DNA of 53,927 bases, counting the filler, from Jimgerdemannia flammicorona (Eukaryota): NCBI GenBank assembly GCA_003990765.1. It is 2 parts of 2 records of this genome, joined end to end, with 100 filler letters (N's around TTAATTAATTAA, not from the genome) between each part and the next. Parts side by side here need not be neighbours in the genome. Positions count along the whole stretch, not along the records: positions 27,015 to 53,927 come from RBNJ01000683.1; 1 more part is not named here. One strand, given 5' to 3'. How positions within the stretch are numbered: the stretch's first letter is position 1; each line of letters opens with the position of its first letter. The notes below the pieces were generated by a model. The model did no database searches, had not been told where the DNA came from, and saw only the letters and a program-made list of their open reading frames with translations. This document shows, piece after piece, positions 35,381 to 47,859 of this stretch. A program made the translations under genes and the position numbers.

Positions 35381-38300
35381 TAGCACAAGGTAAGAAAAAG
35401 AATTTGTTGCCTTTACGCTTGTTAGAGAGTTGTCGGCCAAGAATCTACGATGCCATTTGACGACATCATCCACCAGGTAGCTTTGCTCATTCGAAATTTA
35501 CATCTATTGCTTTGGCATAGATACATCCATAAATCCCACAAATAAGAATACCCTGCAAGTGAGGTCCGTATAGCCATCTTAATAAGTCGTTCAGACAGTG
35601 AAATTTTCCGGATTCATCTTTTGTAATGAGACATTATAACTACATTTTGAAGGAGTATAAAATTTTGTCATCTGCCCCAGTCTCTGGATTCCACATGCGA
35701 GAAGACTTCCAAAAAGCATGGCTTACATATAGCTGCACATATTTACCTACGGTAATTTAATAGAAAATATCCGGTTCTATCATTTTCGGTCACCTAGTAG
35801 AACAATACCACGTTTGCCACCTACGTCTGTCCAGAAGGGAAACAGTGATAGAAAAAGAGGCATTGTAATTCGGTCATTATTTATTTTCATAACCTATTTC
35901 GTTTCTTATTTCAATGTCCTCCTCGTAATTTCGCTGTGTAGCTATATACTAGTACAAATAAATATATTTAATATATATATGCGTTTCTTATATACTGCAA
36001 TGGGAGAGAGGCAAAAGGTGTTTTGACATATCGGCTTTACCACATTTAATTTTGAGTCATTGAAGCCTACTTTTATACCGCACCCAGGTGAAATTTGGGT
36101 TTACATCACCATCTGCCAGATATATTTATCTATTTTATCCTAACACACGGAGAATAAAACCCTTTCCGCAAATGCAAAGGCTCTACGCTATGCGACTGTG
36201 ATATATATATTCCTTTACAAATAATGAGCATAGTGCTGTCTTCCTACCATCTTATATAAATAGATAACACCTCTGTCTGAATGAAATATATTTATGTAAA
36301 CAAATGCACGATGTATTTTCGGAAAAAAAAAAAAAAGTTTTTTAGAAAAAAAAAAAAAAAAAAAAAAAAAAAAGTGACTTGTATAGTGGCATGAAAATGG
36401 GATGAAATGATTCCATAATATGTTAATTACCACGTCAAGTTGCTCAATATAGTGTACCATTTACCTCAAGTTTCCAAGAACACCTTGAGATTCAGAGCTG
36501 CGAGTTTATTTCTTTTTTCATAGGATTCTACCAAACTGTGCATTCGTCAACGACCAAGAATTTTAATCTGCAACTATTTGCACTCTGTACTTTAACATCT
36601 CTAGGCTGCTGTCAACTGCCTATCTGCAACAAAGGGTGCATCCAAACACATGTGGAGTATGGTGTTGCACAGGGCAGGGTACGGATGTTCTTTAGGTCGT
36701 AAATTGTGATATGCACAGTATACAAAAGCCATACCCCTTTCTAAATACCACCAGACCTACACCCTCCACCGCTCACCACAATCATTCACCACAGGGCCGC
36801 CCCACCAATCCATACAACATCCACGCGCCCCGCCAGTGCCTATATGAACTTGTCATCCTCTTCCACGACCTCCACGCTCGAGACACCGTTGTCCTCGACC
36901 TCATTCAGGTTGATCTCTAATTACAGCCGTATGCGGATGTGACAATTTTAGTGAAGTAGTTGCGCCGAATGGCGATTCGCCGGATCTCCTATAAGAATTA
37001 ATTATAAAGATGAGACGTGGGGTCGTGCATTTCAGTATCGACCCTGCTTACCCCAGGTTAAGAATCATCCACAACACCCAAAATTCAAAGCACCTATGCT
37101 GACCTCTCTTGTTACATATTGACTCTTTGTGTGCTGGTATTTAGTATCACCGAGAGAATTATGAGGTTTGTGGATACCGTACCATACTGTTGTGCTAGAG
37201 ACGTCGTCGCGCTTACCAATAATACCGTCTAAGCACTAGAGAGGAATGAAAGAGGCACGTCAAAAACACTAACAGGGTTGGTTTGCTTCCCTCCTTTGTG
37301 CGTGCATGCACTCACAGCTCTAGCCATTCTAATCATCCATCAGTCCAACTACCACATCACCGCACCTTAACACGCTTAACGATGAATTCTCCACCCTCTT
37401 GTGGTAACTGAATATGATTCTGCGTCAGCAGCTCCGGCAGCAGCCTCCTACGCTCCTCACTAGTTTCCTTGCGGCATATCTCCGTCGTCGTACTCGAGTC
37501 AGTCAATCATGTCTCCCGACGCTGAGCGGGCATGTTCAAGGTTGCCTATTGTTTAGTGGAGTAAAATAAGCAGATGGAGGGGTGTTTTATGCATTAACGT
37601 CATCTTTAGGGTGTTAAATGGAAAGTATAGTTTATCTTGATTCATCCCCTTCAATTCGCACCTGATATTCCTGTACTCCTTTTTTCCAATGTCGATTGCC
37701 ATTTTGCATATCCGCCATATTAACTTCAAACATAACGTTTAAGCACAAACATACCAGGGGCGATGACGTCCATCACGAAAAATTTCGGCAATCTGATCCG
37801 CATTCGTAGAATGCACAGGATCAGAATGCAGCCAGAATCAGATTGCACCTGGGAATGCGAGCCCAGATTGCGAGAATGCGCGTATCAGAATGCGTCGTTA
37901 TCGGAATAAAAGCAAAAGTCTGTAGAATGCACAATACATCACTGCTATTCGTATATGCATTCCCTCAATTGCCACATACTGATTGCAATTATTGTAAGCC
38001 ATGCACAGCAAAGACAATAGTGTATGATGATGATGTTATGAAATTGCAAATATTTACGATTGTGAAAAGGAAAAGATATATATGCAAAGGGGAGGAATGC
38101 TCCATCTACTCATCGTGAAAAGGGGCCTCATCTGGAAGCTCTTCGAACTCGCTGTCTAAGGAATTTTTATTTGTACTAAAGTCGTTATCGTCTTGCATAC
38201 TGAGGTGAGATGAAGAAGTCGATCCCATGAGCGTCGGCTACATTGATTTGGCGAACCCATTCCTTGTATTTCAGCGTCCATTTGCTCTCAGTGCATTTCC

Positions 38301-38889
38301 TGAGCCCACCCATGTATAGTGAATTGCTATAAATCCTTAAATTGCATAACACATCCTGGTTTATCCTTAAGTATATTAAATTCAGCATGACATTGATTAC
38401 TACTGGTATCTCACCCTGTTATCACCCTCACATCCAGCTCGAATAACTAATAACGACACATGTATCTACCAAAGTGCAAATTACAGCTACCAATGGAACA
38501 TTGAGCTGGTCTTACATACTCATCATGAAGAGACTCAAGCATTGGGGTCAATGAATAGGATATTGATAGCATTAATGATATACATGCTATAGAATTTATA
38601 TATATACTTTCTTGTGTGTTCATCACATTCATAAATATCAGGTCAAGTTCAAAGTGCTTGATTGCATCATGTTGCCATATGCAATTGTATTTTTAATTAC
38701 TTTTGTTGCTTCCCTACACTGTTTTCTGCTCATTTGTGGCAATGGCTAATTGGCAATATCGAAATCTATGTCAGAAAACAACGAGTTGACCTTCTTGATG
38801 AGCTACTCCTCCAGGTGTGCATAATTTAAAAGCAAGACTTAACGAAACTGCAAAAATAAAAATAAAAATGAAATAATAATTTGTGGGTC

Positions 38890-39825
38890 AATATCTACTC
38901 TATTTGGGGGTACCTCGTTTCGGCTACTTCGCTACAACAAGGTGATAAAAACAACCCTCGCAACGGAAGCCGCTTACGGAGAAGGAACCCCTAAATTCGC
39001 TATGCAGGTCACGGACGAGAATGTCCTGATGGGTTTCGCGTTTCAGGAAATCGATGAGGCGAGGCAGCAAGGACACCGCTCGGGAATAAGGCCGTCCTGC
39101 TGGGAAAGAGATGCAAGTGTACGTCAACGGCAATGACGAGCAAGAGGAAGGATATCGTTCCCAACACCAGCAAGCCCCATCCTCCTCCGCCGCCCGAGAC
39201 GTTAGGTCGTTCGACGTCTATCGTGACGGATTCGAGCGCAAGGCCGTCATGCAATCCGCACCACATAACCGGTTCACCACTCCTTCCTCCTCCGCATATG
39301 ACGATGGTGACGACAATGACGATTCCATGAGTCCCTCCCCCCTGGTAGGGTCTACCGGCAGCAATAACAGCGCGCGCACTACGCATTCGACCCCCTCACG
39401 CATATCACCGAGCGAAGCGCCGAATTTACGACTTCCACAATCGTTCGCAGTATGATTTCCGGATACAATACTTTCCATGGAACCTCGCTTGGAATCGCGG
39501 AGGGGTATACCATTTCAGGGAACGATACTGCCGCGGTCAATGTCTCCGTCTTTATCTCGGGTGGTGCGACGACGAGTTCGCACGGCACCCACTAGCCAAG
39601 GCATGTGGGGAAAGAGATGGGTCGCGTTCGTCGATTGCAACCAGCGACTATGCTCACGACAACCAACTCTTGTAAGCCGATAGACCCACGGTTCATTAAT
39701 ACGACGCTCGCGGAACTCGATCCGCCTCTGCGCGGTTCCACGATTATGGGGGGGGGGGGAGACTGTCGCCGCCGAGAGAGCGCCGGCGAAGAAGGGAGAT
39801 GCGGAAGAGTTTGTGCTTTGGCTTA
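38890..39825 (+). pseudogene. Disrupted gene with an EVH1/WH1-like segment followed by a low-complexity Ser/Pro/Asp region
   Basis: FRLLRYNKVIKTTLATEAAYGEGTPKFAMQVTDENVLMGFAFQEIDEAR, a frame change near 39070-39110, a stop at 39455, and further pieces to 39826. Confidence 0.45.
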
Positions 39826-40367
39826 AGAGGGAGTCGTATGGAGATTGGAGAGGGTGGGTTTGTGAAAGCTTTATTTGATTTGCTTGTCTCGTTTTCTCTC
39901 CTTTTGTTCTTCGAAAATAGCAATTGGGTTTCGTTCCCTTTTTATTTAGTTTCGGGGCTGTGCGATTGTGGATTCAAAATTAATGTCATTCTAGAGTCCA
40001 TAATATGACATCCAAAAATAAACATTTTCCCCCCTGCCCTGGGCACACGTGTCGCAGAGGATATTATTAACATCCCTTGCAAATAGTACACAGGCTGCTT
40101 CTCGTGCTGCTGATCCGTGATCATGGCGGCCAAACGCGGTGGATGGTGTGATGAAAACTCCCAACTTCGTCCAATCACGTCAAATTCGACTGCACAAATT
40201 TTGCGCGCCCTCCACACTTCGAACATGTCGATGGAAGCCACACAAATGGATATTGTGTATTTTATTGGGTGACGATTTGGGTGTGGAAAACACTCAGGAG
40301 TACCTTGCCGTTATCCCAAGCGCGTCGCGTCCCGATATGCGATGTGGTGGGATTTCGGTAGGTCGAT

Positions 40368-40665
40368 ATTGCAGCAACATTTCCATGGGTTTTTTTGTAC
40401 GTTAGAGTGGGCGTGGGGTGCAAGGAAATCTCAGCGCAATTTCATCTAGTCTGGTCGTTGCAACGGGTGTTTTTGAGTGGTTGTGGGCGTAGCGACTTGG
40501 CGTTCCGCCATTACGGATGGAAAGAAGAAAGTTTTGGAGATGGAGAATTTATTTTAAAGCTATGTGGAATACTCAATCCCTTTTGTACGCATGCCCACCA
40601 AATGCCGAGCTATGAGTTATATTTTTTTATATTTCCCTTTCCACCTATGGAATCTGCTGGCCGTG

Positions 40666-40705
<40 letters not shown>

Positions 40706-40790
40706 CGTTATTTAATTTTGTCCATTCCGGAGACATTTTGCTGTGGTTGGATATATCCTATGATTGGGGCCTTCTCCCCTAAGAAGCCAG
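40368..40790. repeat. Diverged duplicate of 29905-30356 (5' region of the BTB pseudogene)
   Basis: Shared blocks in the same order and orientation: tccatg.gt.tttttgtac.ttagagtgg, ggtcgttgca.cg, ttggcgttccgccatta, gatggagaat, a long poly(T), and tggttggat.tatcctatg.ttggggc. Confidence 0.8.
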
Positions 40791-41663
40791 AAATGTTCAA
40801 GACAAAAAAAATATCCCGGTAGCTATAAATAAGTTTCGGTTGTTTGCTTTTTAAGAACATGTATTTGTTTTTTTTTTAATTTCCAATTGTGCGAGTTTCG
40901 TTCGTTGTTTTGCGCAATTGATCGTATTTGATTTCAAAGCATAAAGTACCAACAACAGGCAAAATTTCTGACATTTTAACCAATCGTTTGTGAATTCATG
41001 TTAGGCTGAGGAACTGAACTCTGCCCACACAATTGCCTCGTGGCGTTCTTTGAACATCACATGTCAGTGTACATTTGCACTAGCTGAGGAATTGTGAAGC
41101 TGTAAAGTTGTCTTATTACCCGGGCCTAGATGGATTCTTATACAGATGATATTCGCGGAAAACACAGAAAGCTAAATAAGCTACCATGAGCTGTGGGTGC
41201 TAGTAGAGGTTGACGACACACTATGGAAACGTCACGCGAATTTCAAAATTCTAATAACAGTCATGGGTTACTGCAAATGCTCCGTTGGCGCAACCCGCAA
41301 TTCTCACCCTACTAGACATGCCCATCTTTATAAAATGCTTTGTGGATTTGGCAAATAACATAAAAATGGAAAATGTAACTATTCATGTGTATAAGTCGCT
41401 CCTAAAATGAAAGTAATGCCGCTGTATTAAGAATACCATAAACACGTCAACGGATGTGAAAAATGTTTTACGACGTAAGGTCGGAGGTTGTTGATGTTAC
41501 ATTTTATATAGTTTACGTTCAGTGACTTAGAATCTCAATCGTCATGTGCTCTAGAGTCAGTGCCTGAGGGATCTTTTAATGGTATGATTGAAGCACTCCA
41601 CAAGAGGTCGTGAGCTTGCGCTTGATCACAAATAGTGCGGTTGATCTACTAACATTTCGTATG

Positions 41664-41694
<31 letters not shown>

Positions 41695-41862
41695 CTTTTC
41701 TATGGCTTTGTAGGATGACACGGTTACTACAGACGCCTTGTTTTTGATGTAAAAGGTAGCAATTTTGTTTTTATTTAATCCATTTTACGTTTTTCGAAAC
41801 ATTTAACTCGAGTATGAAGATTAGAACACAGCGTTGATTTGCTGGCAATGACGTTCCGCCGG

Positions 41863-42733
41863 TCAATACCCTTGGCCGTAGTCCCCCGGGTGGCCATGCG
41901 AATATTTGTAAGAATAGTAATTATAAGTGTCCTTCTTGTAATAGTCGTCCTTCTTGTAATAATCGTCCTTCTTGTAATAATCGTCCTTCTTGTAGTAATC
42001 GTCCTTCTTGTAGTAATCGTCCTTCTTGTAGTAATCGTCCTTCTTGTAGTAATCGTCCTTCTTGTAGTAATCGTCCTTCTTGTAGTAATCGTCCTTCTTG
42101 TAGTAATCGTCCTTCTTGTAGTAATCGTCCTTCTTGTAATAATCGTCCTTCTTGTAGTAATCGTCCTTCATGTAATAATCGTCCTTCATGTAATAATCGT
42201 CCTTCATGTAATAATCGTCCTTCATGTAATAATCGTCCTTCATGTAATAATCGTCCTTCATGTAATAATCGTCCTTCTTGTAATAATCGCTCTTCTTGTA
42301 ATAATCGTCCTTCTTGTAATAATCGTCCTTCTTGTAATAATCGTCCTTCTTGTAATAATCGTCCTTCTTGTAATAATCGTCCTTCATGTAATAATCCTCT
42401 TCCTTGTAATCGTCCTCTTTCTTGTATTCGTACTCCTTTTTGTAATTGTCCTTCTTGTAGTCGTCTTTGTATTTGTAGTCCTCGTCCTTCTGGCCGTGTG
42501 GGAGAGTGATAATGAATATCATATGCAATCTAGGTAATATCGGCCCAAGACACGTATGCAAAAGATTGCATTTACAATACCTTGTACTCCTTCGACGGGT
42601 ACCGATAGTAATCCGGAGAGTAATAGGCCTCACTGCCCGAGCGCTTGTCGAGCCCGCGGTGCACTTGGGGAGCGGCGGAGACGGCCTGGATAGCGGCGCC
42701 GGCGACCAGGATGGTGAGGAGAAGTTTGGTCAT
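41863..42733 (-). CDS. Secreted Tyr/Lys/Asp-rich repeat protein (~259 aa): signal peptide, Kex2 KR site, ~25 (K/M)KDDYY repeats
   Basis: Exon 1 (42733-42581) reads MTKLLLTILVAGAAIQAVSAAPQVHRGLDKRSGSEAYYSPDYYRYPSKEYK. A phase-0 GT-AG intron spans 42580-42490, and exon 2 (42489-41863) is open through the repeats to ...SHGHPGDYGQGY*. Confidence 0.88.
41938..42387 (-). repeat. Coding 18-bp minisatellite, 25 units
   Basis: The unit A(A/T)GAAGGACGATTA(T/C)TAC is repeated over 450 nt. Confidence 0.95.
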
Positions 42734-44113
42734 TTTCTGTTAATGTTGTGTTTTTTTTTTTTTGGTAAGTTGGTTGGTTGGTCGGGAAGTTTTGGAGGAT
42801 TGTTTTGGAGGCTAGCTTTGGTTTTTGTTGGATCGATGTGTGCTTGATGAGGGTTCAGATGAATGTACTTTGGGTTGTCTTTTATACGAACGAGGGGAAT
42901 TCACATGTTTCCATCTCCATATTTCCAGCACTTACGTTTGCGACTCGCATCACATGGATGAGCAGAAAAGGGCGCACCTACAATGTGGCAGTCGTTTAAC
43001 TCTGGCATCTGTTACACTCCATCTACATCAACTCGTTTATTTCTGTGTGAAATCACAAAAATTAAAGGGATGGGGCCAGCGTACCTCATCTGGGAACATT
43101 TGATTTATATGCGTTCGTATACGAGCACGCAAATCCTCTTCACTAATAGGTGAAATACAAATAGTTTCCATTTTATTAAAGGTTGGACACTTTGACAGCT
43201 ATCTACAGCCTTTCCTATTGTAGGATTATAAGGAGTGTCACAATTTTCCTCTAGATATTACATTGCATGCAAACTCTCTTTTTTGCATATCCGTTTATAC
43301 CCACATACAACTTCACACAAACCTGTTGGCTTTACCCTTTGGTTGAGCAATACTAATATATTCTGAACTAAGACCCGTGTGCGCAGTCATTGTCCCTGTA
43401 TTCCAGCGAAAACTAGTCGCCGGCCGATACACTCCGCTGCGGAGTTCTCAGCCACCCAGATATAGTAATAGTTATTAAAACTACAAACTAAGAGCCCGTG
43501 ATTCTAATTTTTGGTTTCACATGGTGCACTTTCTGTGTAACTAAAGATGTGCACTCGTCACGGGTCAGATTCTGCGATAGGAAATTTGTACGTGGACTTT
43601 CCAACACAATTCGCGATTTGTGTAGACAGACTGACTAGGGGGTTAACACAAAGTTCGTCGTCTCGTAATCAACGCCTCTTACCATTCCGTGTGTGTGCTT
43701 CTTTGTTGTTGACGGCAGTTGTCGAGCCAACTGGTAAGCCCTTGAGCTTTGCGTGGGTCTGTGTCTTCCAGGGATTCGCCCCCCCCCCCGTTTGTTTTGT
43801 GATATATATTATTAGTTACATATCAATGGATTAAGGTCAAGAGAATTAAATACAAATGACAAATGATATAGTTTATCTATTCACACTTCGTCCATCCATT
43901 TCGAATTTTCGACTCATTCACTTTCTCACCCGGCCCCTCCACATCACAATCAGTCCAACCTCAAATCCGCCGCTCCGCCCATTTGCATCTCCGTCACGTT
44001 CCCAACCTACTGCCGCGTTCCGTTGCGAAGGCAACAATCTCGACAGCAACAATCTCGACGGCAACTTCGCCTCCGTCGACGTCGGTTCTCCCCTCACTCC
44101 TCGATCTCCCACC

Positions 44114-46238
44114 TCACGTATCCGATTTATGTAAGGCCTTCTCGCCGTCCTCGATCTCGGCGGGTTTGAAAGCCTCTCTCACCTCCGTCAGAACGATGGT
44201 CCCATCAGATGTCCTAGGCAGCGGCGACGGCAGCACAGGGTGTGTGAGCAACAGCAGTCCGCTGTATGATGGCGGCGAGTTGGGTTGGTGGTATTTGTCG
44301 TCGGCCTTCGTGTCTGAAGACGGGTTAATGACGGCGGGACGTTGACCTCTTTCGCGGTTACGTCGGTGGCGAAGGAAAAGGACTGCGGCGAGGCCAGCGA
44401 GGACGCAGACAGCGATGCCACCAAGCACGCCACCGATGATGGGGCCAAGAGCGGGTTGTTCGGAAGAGGCGTTTGTAGGTTGGTTTGTAGGTTGGGTTGT
44501 GGGCTCGGTTGTTGCCGGGGCGGTAGACATGGAGGATGGTCTGACGAAGGGAGTTGCGGTCGCCTTAAGGGCCCTATTGAGAAATATGAATATTAGTTCA
44601 TTCTCCCTATTCTGGGTCAGATCATTCGCCAGAGTGGAACAAAATATTTTCCACTTACCACTGCATCTTCTCCATGTCATATATGTAGAACTAAAAGAGA
44701 AGAAAAAAAATGGATGGCTCCTTTTAGAAAACCATAATTCTTGAAACAAATAATCAAACGCAACACACGCGCGGTATCTTACCTTGTCTGTATTCCCGGT
44801 ACCATTCCATCCCCCGTAAACGACAAACTATTTCACACGTCAGGTAAGAATCCAAAATACAATTATCTCGACTCCGCCATCCCCCAAGCACATCCGCTCC
44901 ACCCTTCACAATCCCCGTTCCCCACGACATTTGCCCACCTCCCCCCTTCCCTGCGTACCCCCTCAAACCATTCTCTTCCAAAAGCAATACTCACCGAATT
45001 CCCCTGCTGTACGGTGCATGAGTCATAGAGCGCCCCCGGTTGCCCCTGCCCTCCTGTCTGATTCGACACGGTGATGCCAATTCCGAGCGGCATGGAGGAA
45101 TCAGCCTTGAGGTCAAGTAGCTGCAGGGTATTGCTGCGAACTAAACTCACGTGACTGTTGTTAATAAGATCCGCTTTGCCACCTGCAAATTTCATCGGAA
45201 AGGATTGCGAGAAGGCGGCGGTTAGGACGTACATACGTGGCGTGGGCTCAAAAACGAAGCGGATCGGTTGGTGTATACAATAGCTGACCTGGATAGATAA
45301 TAAGACGGTTTGCAGGCGGGTAGAAGAAAACATTACAGTCCTCGAGCGGTTCGGTGAGGTTCGCCGGGTGGAGAAACCATAAACTTGAGGCGATGTCAAA
45401 TATCCATATGGTATTGGTGGAGATGGCATCGGTTATGTTGACGGGGGCATCGCCGCCGACGACGAAAATGACGCCGGCACTGGCGGTGTTTGTGATGTTT
45501 GCGAGGTGCGCCGCGGAGACGTAGATGAGCGTAGGGCGAAACAATTGCGGCGGAAGTACCGGTGCGCTGGCTGCGGCGTTTACGAGTGCGGTACGGCTCG
45601 ACCACGTGAAGGTCGTGAGGTTCAGGACGTAGATTTCCGTTGGGGCTGCGGTGAGCGCTGGGGTCGACGAGTTGAAGTCCTGGAAGATCCACAGTGAGTC
45701 TTCGACGGTGACGATGCGCTGGGAGCATGTTGAGCCCCAAGAGCATCCAAGTATTGCGGGCGGAGTCGGGTAAGTGCCTGAGAGGGCGAGGGTGCCGATC
45801 CAGCGATCATTGTAAATATCGTAACCGATATACTCGTTACCGCCAACAATGAGGGTACCGTTTGGGGTGACAACGCAGGGGCGGATATAGAGCCCACTAG
45901 TGGCGGAATCCTGAGATCCAATGTTGGCAAAGAGATAGTTGATGGATTGATCGGCCCAGACGGGCTGCGAGGAGGTCAGATCGATGGGAAAGGGGGTGGA
46001 CACGAAGAGGCTGGAAGTACTACTTTGGTCCTTGCCGGCGAGGATGTAGAAGCGATTGTTATAAGTGAAGGTGCAGCCCTGAGAGCGCGGGCCTGTGTAC
46101 GATAATTGATGATCAGGTTTAGGAATGTGCGTCAGGGGGCGTTCAGTGTATGGCAGGTTGGGCATATGTACCTGCAAGGTCGGTCATAATGAATGGGACG
46201 AACAGTAACAGCAACAGGACAAGTTGCAAGGCATGCAT
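44114..46238 (-). CDS. Type I membrane protein: signal peptide, Kelch/galactose-oxidase-like beta-propeller, Thr/Pro stalk, one TM helix, cytoplasmic tail
   Basis: Exon 1 MHALQLVLLLLLFVPFIMTDLA splices to GPRSQGCTFTYNNRFYILAG. Kelch-like LIVGG, IFVVGG, IIYPGG and FVVYGG motifs with YDI/FDI...W. TM GPIIGGVLGGIAVCVLAGLAAVLFL followed by RHRR. The 3' end could extend by splicing. Confidence 0.85.
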
Positions 46239-46509
46239 GGCTTTCGAGGGGCAGCGGCAGAAGAGGAAGGAGTAGTAGTAATAGTGTTAACACCATTTGA
46301 AATCTGAACATGTGGCCGAGTGCCAGGATTGGAAATTTATGTGACAGCACCACAGCTGATTATCGAGAAACTGTACTAGCTCCCACACTTAAATTTCCGA
46401 CCGTCCCGAGTTATAAATTTGGAAGTACAGAAAAAAAAAGCAGTATGCTGACCACCTGACTGGTATCCCAAACTGGTACCCTGCAGCATGATAATCAATT
46501 GGTTTTGCT

Positions 46510-47350
46510 CTAGGGTATCAGTTTGTAGACTTAAATATTCTAATATATAATAAAACTACTTTAATTAATATAAAACACTAATATTTAACCAGTAAAAAAA
46601 TTCTTTTCTTTATATATATTATATAAGATAGTTACTTTTAAAATATTACTTCTAATGACTCAGTATAATTAAAAAATAAAATATTATATATTTTATTCTA
46701 TTAATATAAAAATATATAATATATAATAATAAAAGAAATAATATAATAAATTAAAACTATATAAAATATATTTTATTAATAATAAGTTAAATTTTAAGTT
46801 ATCTTTTAAACTAAAATTAAATTAAAATAATTTTAAATTTAATAGTTATAATCAATTCATAATATTTATAACTTATTTAAAATATTTTAAAATATAACTT
46901 ATAATTTATAATTTATTATATTTAAATTTACCTGCTATTTTACTAAACATTTTGAAGCTTTCAACTTGCGGCCTTCGACTTTGTGACATGTGACATGTGA
47001 CAGGTAACATGCGATTGTGACATGTAACATGCGGTTGTGACATATAACGTGTGATCGATTCGTGACATAGCTTGTAACATTACAATAAATATTATTGATA
47101 ATTTACAACATATAAACAATAATTTATAACTATGATTTGTAAATTAAAATTAAATAAAGTTTGTTAATATTTATATGTAAAAAGTAATAAATAAGTTAAT
47201 TTTGAGTTAAAATTTAAAATTAATAATTATATTATTAATTTTATAAATTAAATAATATATAAAGTATATAATAAATTATATTATTATATTAAACTTTTTA
47301 ATTAAGTATATAATATTATGACTCAAATATTTTTGCAGCCAATTTTGGCT
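46510..47350. repeat. AT-rich non-coding element with tgtgaca(t) short repeats and a terminal hairpin
   Basis: tgtgaca motif cluster at ~46982-47070; inverted repeat ttttgcagccaa-tt-ttggctgcaaaa at ~47331-47356; family unresolved. Confidence 0.4.
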
Positions 47351-47859
47351 GCAAAACCATCTAAGAGATAAGACTAGAGATCCTCCTAAATACTATAGAA
47401 GTAGAATATAGCTAATGAGAACAAACTATAAATAGAATTTAAGCTGCCTACTTCTTCAATACCATCTCTGGATGGTTATTAGAAAAAATTTATAAATAAA
47501 GATAACTCTATAATTACCTATATGAGTAATAGTACTTAGAATAAACTATTACTAGAATATGTACTATTCTTATAATCTAAAGATCAAGAGATAATAAAAA
47601 CAACAAAGAAGACAAATAACATTAATTCAAAAAGAAGTATAAATCTCAAAATAAGTCCTCAAGATCATAAGGTAGATTTAAGAAACTATCCAACAAGAAA
47701 ATAAAAACTTATAAAGAAAGGAGCATATTTCTACTATAAAAAGAGAGGACATACATTTGTCCTATGAATGTCCTGACAAAAAGATCAATATAAACAAAAG
47801 ACTATCCTCCTTATATACTATTATTATAATAGAAGATAATCTCAAAAAAATCTCTAAAA

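Noticed and set aside
32950..38850. Scattered exon-like fragments (e.g. MSSTNDHRDV at 34339, ~36795-36908, minus-strand 38107-38820)
   Set aside because: They contain stops or frame conflicts and could not be joined into a gene or assigned to a family; probably pseudogene or TE relics.
41839..42537. 232-aa hydrophobic ORF (VIIVLL)n on the plus strand
   Set aside because: It is the antisense shadow of the KKDDYY array; the minus strand has the signal peptide, Kex2 site and intron.
47331..47364. Hairpin plus CTAA as a Helitron 3' end
   Set aside because: It is not followed by the T expected from an AT target, and no matching TC 5' end or Rep/helicase sequence was found.
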